Below, piece after piece: positions 50,008 to 59,343 of a stretch of DNA of 64,000 nt (within the stretch, counting starts at the first letter, position 1; each line of letters starts with the position of its first letter). The DNA comes from Flavobacteriales bacterium (GTDB lineage: Bacteria > Bacteroidota > Bacteroidia > Flavobacteriales > Flavobacteriaceae). The translations under genes were made by a program, and so were the position numbers. The stretch spans positions 7,126-71,125 of the forward strand of contig JBBSUW010000001.1 in NCBI GenBank assembly GCA_038234025.1, given 5' to 3'. The notes under the pieces were generated by a model that made no database searches, was not told where the DNA came from, and saw only the letters and a list, made by a program, of their open reading frames with translations.

Positions 50008-50766
50008 ATGAAAAGGTATTATTTAGTAGCGATCGCAACCGTTGTGCAAATTTCTAGCATCGCTCAGATTGAAGCGAGGAAAGACAGCGTTGTTGAATCT
50101 ATTGAGCAAAGTCGATTCAATTATAAATCGCTCATTGTTCCCACGGTGCTAATTGGCTACGGCGCGATTGGCATCGAAAGCGATTTTTTGAAATCTTTCA
50201 ATGACCAAATCCGCTCTGAGGTACTCGAGGACATCGATGACAAGTTCACGATTGACGATTTCGCGCAATATGCGCCGGCAATTTCGGTCTATGCGCTCAA
50301 CCTCGTCGGCATTGAGGGCAAAAGCAATTTTCGAGACCGTACCGTCGTCCTCGCCACATCTTATTTGATCATGGCTTCAACGGTATCTGGGCTCAAGAAA
50401 ATCACCAAGGTCGAAAGGCCCGATGGCTCGTCCAACAACTCATTCCCGTCAGGACATACGGCCACGGCATTTGCGGGCGCGGAATTCCTTCACCAAGAAT
50501 ATGGCGACCAGTCGATCTGGTACAGCGTTGCAGGTTACGCCGTTGCTACGGGCACGGGAATCTTCAGGATTTACAATAACAAGCATTGGCTCACCGATGT
50601 TGCTGCTGGCGCTGGAATCGGTATTTTGAGCACAAAGATTGCCTACTGGGTAAATCCATATTTAACAAAAAAGATTTTTGGAAACAATACAGAAAATTCT
50701 ACCACAATGTTCAGTCCTACTTATGACGGTCAGCATATTGGGGCAGCATTTGTAAAGATTTATTGA
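50008..50766 (+). CDS. PAP2 family phosphatase with signal peptide
   Basis: C1 K...KVERP, C2 SFPSGH and C3 RIYNNKHWLTD. Confidence 0.92.
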   Translation: MKRYYLVAIATVVQISSIAQIEARKDSVVESIEQSRFNYKSLIVPTVLIGYGAIGIESDFLKSFNDQIRSEVLEDIDDKFTIDDFAQYAPAISVYALNLVGIEGKSNFRDRTVVLATSYLIMASTVSGLKKITKVERPDGSSNNSFPSGHTATAFAGAEFLHQEYGDQSIWYSVAGYAVATGTGIFRIYNNKHWLTDVAAGAGIGILSTKIAYWVNPYLTKKIFGNNTENSTTMFSPTYDGQHIGAAFVKIY

Positions 50767-50964
50767 TTTTTTTGGAGCTTTATCCCATTATCTTTTTTGG
50801 ATTTATCCAACATCTGGGAAAACACGCACTCGGTGATGTAATCGAAGCTAGGGCTTTGTGTTCTATCAAACGATTAACTTGTATTAGAATAAGCAATAAA
50901 AAACAATCAATATCCGCGCCTTTTTATAATTTGTCATTATCTTCACAATCCAAAAAACAAAGAG

Positions 50965-51390
50965 ATGGAAAAGTGGGTTCTATATGCAATTATTTCAATG
51001 GTTTTTGCGGGCGTGACGTCTGTCATAGCCAAGTTCGGGATGAAAGACCTGAGCAGCGACACCGCGCTGGCTATTAGAACTGCGGTAGTCTTTATTTTTG
51101 TTGTTGGCAATGCTTTTTTGTTCAGAAATGCATTTGCAGAAATTCAGATGGCGCCAAAAAGCAACTTGATCTACCTCGGAATTTCTGGACTGACGACAAC
51201 ACTTTCGTGGATATTCTATTATCGGGCAATTAAAATTGGCGAAGTTTCTTATGTCGCGAGCATCGATAAGGCCAGTATTATTGTCACGCTTTTATTGTCT
51301 TTCATTATTCTGAAAGAACCTATGACACCAAAGGTTTTGATCGGCGCGGGATTCATTTTGATCGGAATGCTGGTTTTGGTCTGGAGATAG
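50965..51390 (+). CDS. EamA/DMT family small transporter
   Basis: About 5 TMs; AKFG, SG..T.LSWIFYYRA.K.G.VS.VA.IDK and LKE motifs. Confidence 0.9.
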   Translation: MEKWVLYAIISMVFAGVTSVIAKFGMKDLSSDTALAIRTAVVFIFVVGNAFLFRNAFAEIQMAPKSNLIYLGISGLTTTLSWIFYYRAIKIGEVSYVASIDKASIIVTLLLSFIILKEPMTPKVLIGAGFILIGMLVLVWR

Positions 51391-51478
51391 CTTTAATTGG
51401 AATTAGAGTTCAAAAAATTCAAAAAATTGAGAATTCAAATTATTTTAGGGATTTGAAATATTTTTTATCTGAAGTTAT

Positions 51479-52225
51479 ATGAAAATGAAGATGAAAAGGT
51501 TTATTGCGCCTTTAATAATAATTTTGATAAACCTTTCATCAAATGCGCAACCGGATTCTGTAGTTGTTCGGGTTTCCCAAAATAAACTCAACTACAAGAA
51601 ATTCATTTTGCCCACTTCCATGATCGTCTTCGGCTCATTGATAAGCAGCAGCAAAATTGAAAGAGATTTCCAGGGATCCGTGCGATCCGCCACTGGAAAA
51701 GATTTTCTTTTTCGCGCCGATGATTATACACGATATGCGCCGATCGCGATAATGTACATCGCAGATTTAGCTGGGGCAAAAGCCAAAAACCACTGGTTCG
51801 ATCAGACCAAAAACCTTGCGATCTCGATTGTCGTTTCCGATTTTTTAACCTTCAGATTAAAGAAATGGGTGCATAAATCAAGACCCGGCGGAAGCGATTA
51901 CCCACAATCTTTTCCATCGGGGCATTCTTCATTTGCGTTTACCAATGCCACAGTTGCCTATAATGAATTGATCGACAGTTCGCCTTCAATTGCTTATGCA
52001 GGTTATGGTTTTGCGACGGCAACGGGTGCTTTGCGGGTATTGAACAACGCACATTATGCGGGCGATGTTCTGGTAGGAGTCGGCATAGGAATTCTAGTTG
52101 GCCAAGGTGTTTGTGCGCTCGATCCGATCATCAAATGGAATCCATTAAAAAAAACAAAGGGAATTGTTTGTATTCCAGCTGTGGAAAATAAAAGATATGG
52201 GTTTTATTTATGCAAGGTGTTTTAA
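51479..52225 (+). CDS. PAP2 family phosphatase with signal peptide (second paralog)
   Basis: C1 KKWVHKSRP, C2 SFPSGH and C3 RVLNNAHYAGD. Confidence 0.9.
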   Translation: MKMKMKRFIAPLIIILINLSSNAQPDSVVVRVSQNKLNYKKFILPTSMIVFGSLISSSKIERDFQGSVRSATGKDFLFRADDYTRYAPIAIMYIADLAGAKAKNHWFDQTKNLAISIVVSDFLTFRLKKWVHKSRPGGSDYPQSFPSGHSSFAFTNATVAYNELIDSSPSIAYAGYGFATATGALRVLNNAHYAGDVLVGVGIGILVGQGVCALDPIIKWNPLKKTKGIVCIPAVENKRYGFYLCKVF

Positions 52226-52285
52226 ATAAACATTCAGATCAAATGGAGAATTGTTCAGCAATATGCTATGAATGATTGTTCGCAT

Positions 52286-52318
52286 AAAAAAAAGCGGCGA
52301 CTTAAATATACCGCTTTT
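52286..52318. terminator. Bidirectional terminator between convergent genes
   Basis: AAAAGCGG...CCGCTTTT stem with A and T tails. Confidence 0.7.
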
Positions 52319-52341
52319 ATAAAAACCATCTAAACGAAGAA

Positions 52342-52812
52342 TTAATCGTTGTCTTCTTTTTCTTCTTTGTCCTCTTTCGATTTCATTTCTTTTTTGACGA
52401 CTTTTCCAGATGCGTCGAGGGCAACTTCCATTTTTGAAGATCCTTTCTCTACTTCAAATTCGTAAAGCATGCCCGACGCCTTTTCAGAAATTTCCATTTC
52501 GACTACATTATAGCCCCGAAAGTTCTTGTTCAGTGACATTTTGACGGCCATCGGCATTTCGCTCTCTGCAATCTCATGCTCGGTTTCCATCCACATTCCG
52601 TCATTGCCGAAGTTTGCAGAATATTCGACTTTGTTCATCTTGAACTCGGCTTCCCATTCATTGTCCGATTCTTTTTCCCATTTGACCGATTTTGCGGTGG
52701 GAAACTTTTTCTCGAAAGCGTTCTTTACATTTTGTGGAACATTTTGGCCAGAACAAAAACTGAACAGTGCAGAACTCAAAATCATCGCTTGCGCCACTTT
52801 TACATTTTTCAT
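52342..52812 (-). CDS. Periplasmic PepSY-like (BLIP-like, DUF2874-type) protein
   Basis: VP.NVKNAFEKKFP.AK.VKWEKE...WEAEF, F..DG.W.ETE.EI...EMP.AV and D.SGKV repeats. Confidence 0.85.
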   Translation of the reverse strand: MKNVKVAQAMILSSALFSFCSGQNVPQNVKNAFEKKFPTAKSVKWEKESDNEWEAEFKMNKVEYSANFGNDGMWMETEHEIAESEMPMAVKMSLNKNFRGYNVVEMEISEKASGMLYEFEVEKGSSKMEVALDASGKVVKKEMKSKEDKEEKEDND

Positions 52813-52837
52813 ATTTTCTATTGTTTAAATTGTTCTA

Positions 52838-52874
52838 TAAAAATAGAAAGACAATCTAAAGTTTGTCTAAAGTT
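52838..52874 (-). promoter_or_regulatory. Candidate response-regulator box plus promoter of the PepSY-like gene
   Basis: Minus strand AACTTTAGA-CA-AACTTTAGA (perfect 9-bp repeat, 11-bp period), then 9 nt, then TATTTTTA (-7-like). Confidence 0.6.
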
Positions 52875-54141
52875 CATTGGTTGTATCGGTATCGATATTG
52901 ATTTCGACAACAAAGTTGTGCCGATTTTCCGTGAACAGATAAGTTAATTTAAAATTATATAGATCGCAGATTTTTTTCACGATTGCGAGACCAAGACCGG
53001 AAGATTGAACGGAATGGACCTCCCTGTAAAATCGTAGAAACAGCCGGTCGGGATGCTGCAACGGTGTTTTGCCGGGATTTGAAATTGTCAACATTTTCTT
53101 TTCTGTTTTTACAATTATTCCACGCGAGTCAGATCCATGTTTTATCGCGTTGCTTATAAGATTATTGATTAAGATATCGGCCAGGTAAACATCCATCGGA
53201 ATTATAAGATCTTCCTTGTTAAGGACGGAGATGTAGTCAATTTGCATCTCCTTAAAATTTTGTGCTTTCTCATGAATTAGTCCTGTAATGTTCACGTTCT
53301 CAATATTTACAAATTGGTTATTGTCGATTTTAGAAAGAAGTGTTATGCGCTCATTGAGATGCTTGAGCCGTTGAAGATCTTTTTGTACGGATGAAATCTG
53401 CTCAAATTGTTTATCACTTATATTTTGCTCGTTAATGATGTTGTCAATCTTTGCCTGAATTATCGCCAAGGGAGTTTGCATTTCGTGCGAAACATCTTCG
53501 GTAAACTGTTTTAGATTTTCATAATCGTTTCTAACTTTTGAAGTAAGCGCCTTGATTTCGTGATTCAATTCAGAAAACTCGAGAATATCGCTCTCCACGA
53601 GTTGCAATATCTCATTGGACGACACCGAGAATTTTTTCATTGCCTCCAAATTTCTGAAAAAGGGGCGCCAGAGTTTTATGTTGTTGGCCGTGTTGAAATA
53701 AAACAGAAAAATGAATGATAGAATAAAAATAAAAAGTATTGCCACAACTATCGCGACGAGTATGTCGCCAGATTCCACAACTAAATTACGCACAGTGATT
53801 TGATACAATTGACCATCTACAACCTCGTAGCTTGAAAGTTGACGAAATGCTTCCATTTCATCTTGCGAAGAATCATAGATTACCGTGTCCTTGAATGATT
53901 CGGGACGTCTGACGGTTGAAATCTTTATTTCTGTAACTGGTGGTACGGAGAACACAACCTTATTTGTCTTGATAGCATTGACAACCCGAGCTTCGGTGGA
54001 ACGTAAACTTTCCTCGACCTGGTCCTGCAACAGACTTCTGGTGTAAAAATATAAAACAATCGAACTTATAACGGTCAGGACAAGAGCAGTGAGCAAAAAT
54101 GTTTTTGAAGTTTTTTTTATGAGTTTTTCTTTTTTAGCCAT
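52867..54141 (-). CDS. Sensor histidine kinase
   Basis: Two TMs; KQFTEDVSHEMQTPL, NLISNAIKH, LF.RFYR and SSGLGLAIVKKIC. Confidence 0.92.
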   Translation of the reverse strand: MAKKEKLIKKTSKTFLLTALVLTVISSIVLYFYTRSLLQDQVEESLRSTEARVVNAIKTNKVVFSVPPVTEIKISTVRRPESFKDTVIYDSSQDEMEAFRQLSSYEVVDGQLYQITVRNLVVESGDILVAIVVAILFIFILSFIFLFYFNTANNIKLWRPFFRNLEAMKKFSVSSNEILQLVESDILEFSELNHEIKALTSKVRNDYENLKQFTEDVSHEMQTPLAIIQAKIDNIINEQNISDKQFEQISSVQKDLQRLKHLNERITLLSKIDNNQFVNIENVNITGLIHEKAQNFKEMQIDYISVLNKEDLIIPMDVYLADILINNLISNAIKHGSDSRGIIVKTEKKMLTISNPGKTPLQHPDRLFLRFYREVHSVQSSGLGLAIVKKICDLYNFKLTYLFTENRHNFVVEINIDTDTTNEL

Positions 54142-54143
54142 TT

Positions 54144-54818
54144 CTAGTCCTCTGTAAATTTGTAGCCGCTGCCATATGCAGTCTTTATATATTTCGCGCC
54201 GTCGGCTGTTAGTTTCTTGCGGAGGTTGTTGATGTGTACATAAATAAAATCAAAATTGTCCAGGAGGTCACTATCGTCGCCCCAAAGATGCTCGGCAATT
54301 ATTTCTTTGGAAAGAACACGCCCATTGTTTGAAATAAAAAAAACCAAAAGATCATATTCTTTTTTTGTTAATGCAATCGGGCTTCCTTCAAAATAAGCAG
54401 ATCGGGAACGAGTATCGATTGTTATTTCATTGAATTCGATAATTTCATTGCCACCATATTTTCCACGGCGCAAAACAGCGGTTATACGGGCATTTAGTTC
54501 CGCCAAATGAAAAGGTTTTGTGATATAATCGTCCGCGCCAAGATTGAGTCCTTCGAGCCTTTCAGTCAATGAATTATTGGCGGAAATTATGATTACGCCC
54601 ACTTCCTTACGATCCTTTTTAAGTTTTTTTAGAATATCGAGGCCACTGCCGGAAATCAGATTGATGTCCAATATTATAGCATCATAATCATAGATCGCTA
54701 CTTTTTCTGAGGCTTCCTTAAAATCTGAAGCTACCTCGCAAATGTTTCCGTCACGTTGCAGGTAGGTAACTATTGATTGCTGCAAATCGATCTCGTCCTC
54801 CGCTATTAGATATTTCAT
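54144..54818 (-). CDS. OmpR-family response regulator
   Basis: LIAEDE, LDINL..GSGL, GADDYITKPFHLAEL and YVHINNLRKKL..IKT.YG.GY. Confidence 0.93.
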   Translation of the reverse strand: MKYLIAEDEIDLQQSIVTYLQRDGNICEVASDFKEASEKVAIYDYDAIILDINLISGSGLDILKKLKKDRKEVGVIIISANNSLTERLEGLNLGADDYITKPFHLAELNARITAVLRRGKYGGNEIIEFNEITIDTRSRSAYFEGSPIALTKKEYDLLVFFISNNGRVLSKEIIAEHLWGDDSDLLDNFDFIYVHINNLRKKLTADGAKYIKTAYGSGYKFTED

Positions 54819-54886
54819 AATATTTGAATAAAATCAAAATTAAACATAATAAGGTTAAAATTACTATATAGTTAAAAACAATTATC

Positions 54887-54920
54887 TTTAGGATCTCTTA
54901 AGAATTAATCGGTATTTTTA
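54887..54920 (+). promoter_or_regulatory. Candidate response-regulator box plus promoter of the PAP2-eptA operon
   Basis: TTTAGG (54887) and TTAAGA (54898) 11 bp apart, then 9 nt, then TATTTTTA (54913); same layout as 52838-52874. Confidence 0.55.
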
Positions 54921-55001
54921 CGATTTTCTGCGACGTACGGGGTGCGTTCCAAAATTTGTGAACACATTCTAACGACGTTTGATTTTAATAGATTTTTGTA
55001 T

Positions 55002-55856
55002 ATGATAAAATCGGTGGATTTACAACGGATGGTTTGCAATAATTTTCGTTTTGTGACTTGGTGGCTTTTGGTTCCAGCCTTTTTGGCGTTAATTTTGATT
55101 TTTCTGATTTTTTATATTTCGGGCGGCACCTCGTCAGCCGCGGATTATATCAATGTCCAAAAAGATTTGTTCTTTTTTCTAAATCGCGAATTCGCACAAT
55201 TTCCTGATTTTCAGATTAATTTGACCCAGATGGGCGATGCGCTGATAATTTATGCGTTTTTGATCATCTTTGTGTTAAATGTTCCAAAACTTTGGCAGGC
55301 TCTTCTTTCTTCGTCCATTATAACATTGCTTTTATAGGCATTGCTCAAAAATATTATTTCTGTGCCTCGACCAGCAGCTATCTTAGACAACAACACTTTC
55401 GTTATTATCGGAAGACCATTGACTGGCTTCAATTCTTTGCCTTCGGGTCATTCAGTGACGATTGGGATGACAATGACGATTTTGCTTTTTTGTTTTATGC
55501 CAACTAAATGGCTGCCCAGAACGTTATGGATTCTTTCTATTGTTGCCATCGTGGTCGCCATTTTATGTTCAAGAGTTGCCATAGGTGCGCATTATCCATT
55601 TGATGTCATTATCGGAGCTATAATTGGATATGCCGCTGCAATTGTCGGCATTGTTTCTTCCAGAAATTCCAATTGGATGGACTGGGCAATGAACAAGAGA
55701 TATCTTCCTATATTTATGGTACTTTTACCAGTATGGATAACCATAATAATAATGCAAAGAATATCGACCAGCGCCTTGCCGGTTTATTATTTTGCGTGCA
55801 TTTCCTTGGCAATAACAATATTTATAATCACAAATGCGTATTTTAAAAAGCATTAA
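55002..55856 (+). pseudogene. Membrane PAP2 phosphatase (LpxE-like) interrupted by one in-frame TAG
   Basis: ORFs 54942-55337 and 55341-55856 share a frame: ...ITLLL-TAG-ALLKNIISVPRP. Motifs K...VPRP, LPSGH and SRVAIGAHYPFD lie downstream of the stop. Confidence 0.75.
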
Positions 55857-57360
55857 GCTGGTTTATTTATCCTTGTTGATAAGCCTTGTAAATCTGATAT
55901 TGTATCATTATCCTTTCTACAAATTTGTTTGCGGGCATTTTGATATCAGGAGTTCCAATGGTATCATGCTTTTGATAAGTCTGACAACCGTAGCGATAAT
56001 AATGGACGCATTGTTTTTTTACCTGATCTTGTATTTGCTGCGCACAATCGGAAAATGGTTTTTGGCACTTTTTTTTATAATCAATTCTTTGTGCATCTAT
56101 TTTATAAATGCTTATGGCGTCATTATAGATGAAACGATGATAGGCAATATTCTCAACACAAACTATCAGGAATCCAGCAGCTTTTTGTCGCTTGGCGTTG
56201 TTTTATATTTAATCTTTCTTGGTGTTGTTCCGAGCGTTTTGCTTTTTATGGTCAAGATATTGCCAGCAAAACCAAAACGATTTTTGTTGCAGGTTGTCTT
56301 GACGCTCACATTTCTGCTAACCATCATCTTTGCAAACTCGTCCAACTGGCTTTGGGTTGACAAAAACTCGAAAACCCTCGGCGGTTTGGTAATGCCGTGG
56401 TCGTACATTGTCAACACATCCTTATTCTATGTTCATAAAAACAAGGTGAACGAAAAGGAGATTTTATTGCCAAGCGCCACGATAATGGATAGCGTGAAAT
56501 CTGTTGCTGTGCTTGTGATCGGAGAATCTGCGAGAAGCAGCAATTTTTCTTTGTACGGCTATACCAAGGACACAAATCCGCTGCTTTCCAAGATAGAAAA
56601 TGTTCGGCACTTCAATGCTCAGTCCTGCGCGACATATACAACTGCGGGCGTAAAGTGCATTCTCGAGCACGAGAGGAGTAGCAAGCTTTATGAGATTTTG
56701 CCGAATTATCTCTACAGAAACGGCGTGGAGGTGATCTGGCGCACCACAAACTGGGGAGAGCCGCCGGTGCACATCAAAAATCACGAAACCAGACAATATC
56801 TTAAGGGCTTGTGCACGGGAGATCAATGCAGCTACGACGAAATTTTGTTGAGCGGTCTAAAAGAGGAAATAGCAGCGAGCAAAAAAAACAAGATCCTTGT
56901 GATTCTTCATACAAGCACGAGCCACGGCCCGACTTACAATCAAAAATACCCAAAGGAATTTGAAAAGTTCAGTCCGGTTTGCCAAAGTGTTGAGCTGGCA
57001 AATTGTTCGCATCAAGAACTTGTCAACGCTTATGATAATACCATCGTCTACACCGACTATATCCTTGCAAAGCTTATTGGTCAACTCAAAGAACTCAAAG
57101 GATACAAAACCTCAATGATATTCATATCCGACCATGGAGAATCGCTTGGTGAGAACAATCTATATATGCACGGAATTCCCGCAAGTATAGCGCCCAAAGA
57201 GCAATTGGATATCCCGTTCATAGTCTGGCATTCAGCGGGAAGCAGGACGATCAGGAACAGCCAAGAGTATTCCCAACAAAATATTTTTCACAGCGTTCTG
57301 GATTTTCTGGCAATAGACAGTCCAATATATAACGAAAACCTTAGCATCTACAAAAAGTAA
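55834..57360 (+). CDS. eptA: Lipid A phosphoethanolamine transferase
   Basis: Five N-terminal TMs; VIGESAR, SCATYT (catalytic Thr), HTSTSHGPTY, YDNTI.YTD and SDHGESLGE..LYMHG. Confidence 0.92.
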   Translation: MRILKSIKLVYLSLLISLVNLILYHYPFYKFVCGHFDIRSSNGIMLLISLTTVAIIMDALFFYLILYLLRTIGKWFLALFFIINSLCIYFINAYGVIIDETMIGNILNTNYQESSSFLSLGVVLYLIFLGVVPSVLLFMVKILPAKPKRFLLQVVLTLTFLLTIIFANSSNWLWVDKNSKTLGGLVMPWSYIVNTSLFYVHKNKVNEKEILLPSATIMDSVKSVAVLVIGESARSSNFSLYGYTKDTNPLLSKIENVRHFNAQSCATYTTAGVKCILEHERSSKLYEILPNYLYRNGVEVIWRTTNWGEPPVHIKNHETRQYLKGLCTGDQCSYDEILLSGLKEEIAASKKNKILVILHTSTSHGPTYNQKYPKEFEKFSPVCQSVELANCSHQELVNAYDNTIVYTDYILAKLIGQLKELKGYKTSMIFISDHGESLGENNLYMHGIPASIAPKEQLDIPFIVWHSAGSRTIRNSQEYSQQNIFHSVLDFLAIDSPIYNENLSIYKK

Positions 57361-57378
57361 TTTCCAGCAGAAACAATT

Positions 57379-57825
57379 TTAATGGTCATGCTTGGGATTA
57401 TCGCTTGTGTGAGGTTTCATTGTCAAGCGAACAACAGATGAAATGATGACCACAAAAAACACGATGTTCACAATTGTTATCGAAATGCCCAAACCGCCGT
57501 CTTTTGGTTCTTGAATAAATAGATCGCCCAATGAAGTGCCAATCGGTCTTGTGACGATAAATGCGATCCAAAAAGCCAGAACGGCTTTTATTATTTTGGT
57601 GTAATATAAAATACCAGCGAGAATAAATATGCCTCCAAATATAAATAAAGAATAAAGATAGCCAACATTCAGATATTCTGAAACCGTATCGCCAACCCCG
57701 ATTTCGAAAGCAATGGTTGTCAAGACAATTGTCCAATTAAATCGTTCTCTTGAATCATTGTTTATGGAATGTATTGAAAGCAATCTTTCCTTGTTCTACC
57801 ACATCAAAAAAACCACCACCCAATG
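57379..57825 (-). pseudogene. 3' half of a COG4705/DUF347-type membrane protein
   Basis: LSIHSI...RERFNW, FWIAFIVTRPIGTSLGDL and P..GGLG motifs. Upstream in frame reads VVVFLMW-TAG-NKERLLSIHS; the N-terminal half is absent. Confidence 0.7.
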
Positions 57826-57943
57826 TAATCTGCTGCAGTCTCGCCAACCGTTGTCGAAAATATCTTGATGACCCAAAAAAGGACTCCCAATTTCGCGACT
57901 CAATTTATCATTTCGTTTTTCAAAATAAGATTTAATATAGCCG

Positions 57944-59004
57944 TTAAAAAACAAATAGTCCAAAAGTATTCTGGCAAAGATTTATTTTTTTGCTGAAGAA
58001 CGATTGTTTCATTCCCTCGCTGCTCAATATCTCGTAACTGTGAGTAGAGATAATCACCTGTCTCACTCGTCCTTTCCTACGTTGCAACTTGTAAATAAAT
58101 TCAGGAAGTTGTTTTACAATTGCAGAATGTAAATACAATTCAGGTTCTTCCAAAAGTATGGTTTCTTGGCCATCTAAAAGCGCCCACATAAATCCGATCA
58201 ATCGCAATGTACCATCAGAAAACTGCGATTCTTGTTGTTTAGCACCTTTTGATCTCCAATGTTCGTATATGGCTTCTAAATGCGGTACACCACCAGGATC
58301 CTTAACGAAATCTATATTGGACAATTGAGGTACAGCAAGCTTTAACACTTCGTTAATCCTCTTTAAATATGATGCTCGCGTTGTTTTATTAGACTTATCC
58401 ATCTTTTCTAATAAATTTCTTCCATAAAAATCCTCTTTATTGCTTGCAATCATATATGATTCAGAATCTCTGATCAACTGCGGCACTATATGTAAATACT
58501 GAACTTCTTGAAAAAAGTGATAGACTTCTCTAAAATCTTTGTTTGAGTTAGGCTGTTCGAGTAGCGTGCTTTAAGGTTTCGGAATCCTCAATTTTAATAT
58601 TCTTTTCATTACGCGCAAATAAAAGCTTTCCATTTTTATCAACTACTCGTTCCTCTACAATTGATGCCTGCTTCGCAAATATACCTCCGCCAGAATGCTT
58701 AAAGGAGAGATAATACGTCCACAAAATCTCATCGGAATCGTTGGGTGAAAGAGAAACTTCGATGGCGACGTAAGATATCTTTCGGGCAGCAAGACATCGA
58801 ATCTTTGAAACCCCAACCTCTTTGGTCTACGGCATATTGGAGACCACCAGCTTGCTTCACAATATCACGCATAAAGCGAAAAACATCTAAAAAATTAGAT
58901 TTTCCTGACGCATTCGCCCCGACAACGAATACTCTATTTTTTAATTCAACATCAACGTTCTGAAAATTTTTCCAGTTGGTTAATTTTACTCTACTTATAA
59001 TCAT
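57944..59004 (-). pseudogene. ABC-type AAA ATPase (AAA_21/COG4637-like), two frameshifts and truncated C-terminus
   Basis: Walker A GANASGKS, frameshift near 58815, RG/GVSKIRCLAARK...ETLK, frameshift near 58570, TLLEQPN...SDGTLR (signature), LLEEPELYLH (Walker B/D-loop), STHS (H-loop). Confidence 0.85.
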
Positions 59005-59160
59005 AAGTCTATTTTCTGTAAATATATAATATAATAGTGATCCATGAGATTTTTGTGTGCATAGTAGGTCAAGGATTTAGCACTTTACAAGGATACTTAG
59101 AAGAACATTGAACTTTATTATCATTTGCCTTTAAAAGTCTAAGTATTGAACCTTATGAAA

Positions 59161-59262
59161 GCGATTTTGTGAAAATCTTTTGGCTAAGTCTACGTCTCAA
59201 GCTTTTAAAAAGCGCAGTTTGTCGGTAGCCCGACCAAGTTTTTTTGCGAGGACACGCCCAAG
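59161..59262 (+). repeat. Degenerate Flavobacteriaceae intergenic repeat (Flavo-1-like variant)
   Basis: GTGAAAATCTTTT ... TAGCCCGACC (59226) ... GAGGACACGCCCAA (59248). Resembles, from recall, the ...AGCCCGACC...GGCACGCCC terminus of dispersed Flavobacterium repeats. Confidence 0.35.
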
Positions 59263-59343
59263 TAAATTCCGTCCAAACGTTACCGCCGATTTAGCTCAAT
59301 CATTCCATAAACTCAAATCCGTACCTTTGCCAAAAATCAGATT

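Larger units (their letters stand above)
49600..59300. other. Accessory, partly decayed envelope/lipid A modification island
   Basis: Cluster of PAP2 phosphatases, EamA, PepSY-like protein, two-component system and EptA with several broken genes, set between housekeeping genes; AT-rich intergenic stretches; no mobility gene seen. Boundaries are approximate. Confidence 0.6.

Noticed and set aside
50763-51077. 104-aa track ORF between the PAP2 and EamA genes
   Set aside because: TTG start, overlaps EamA out of frame and has no recognisable features.
55335-57798. Two in-frame TAG codons in island genes suggesting amber recoding
   Set aside because: Intact core genes in the window (pyrH, der, tyrS) end in TAG, so TAG is a normal stop; decay explains both cases.
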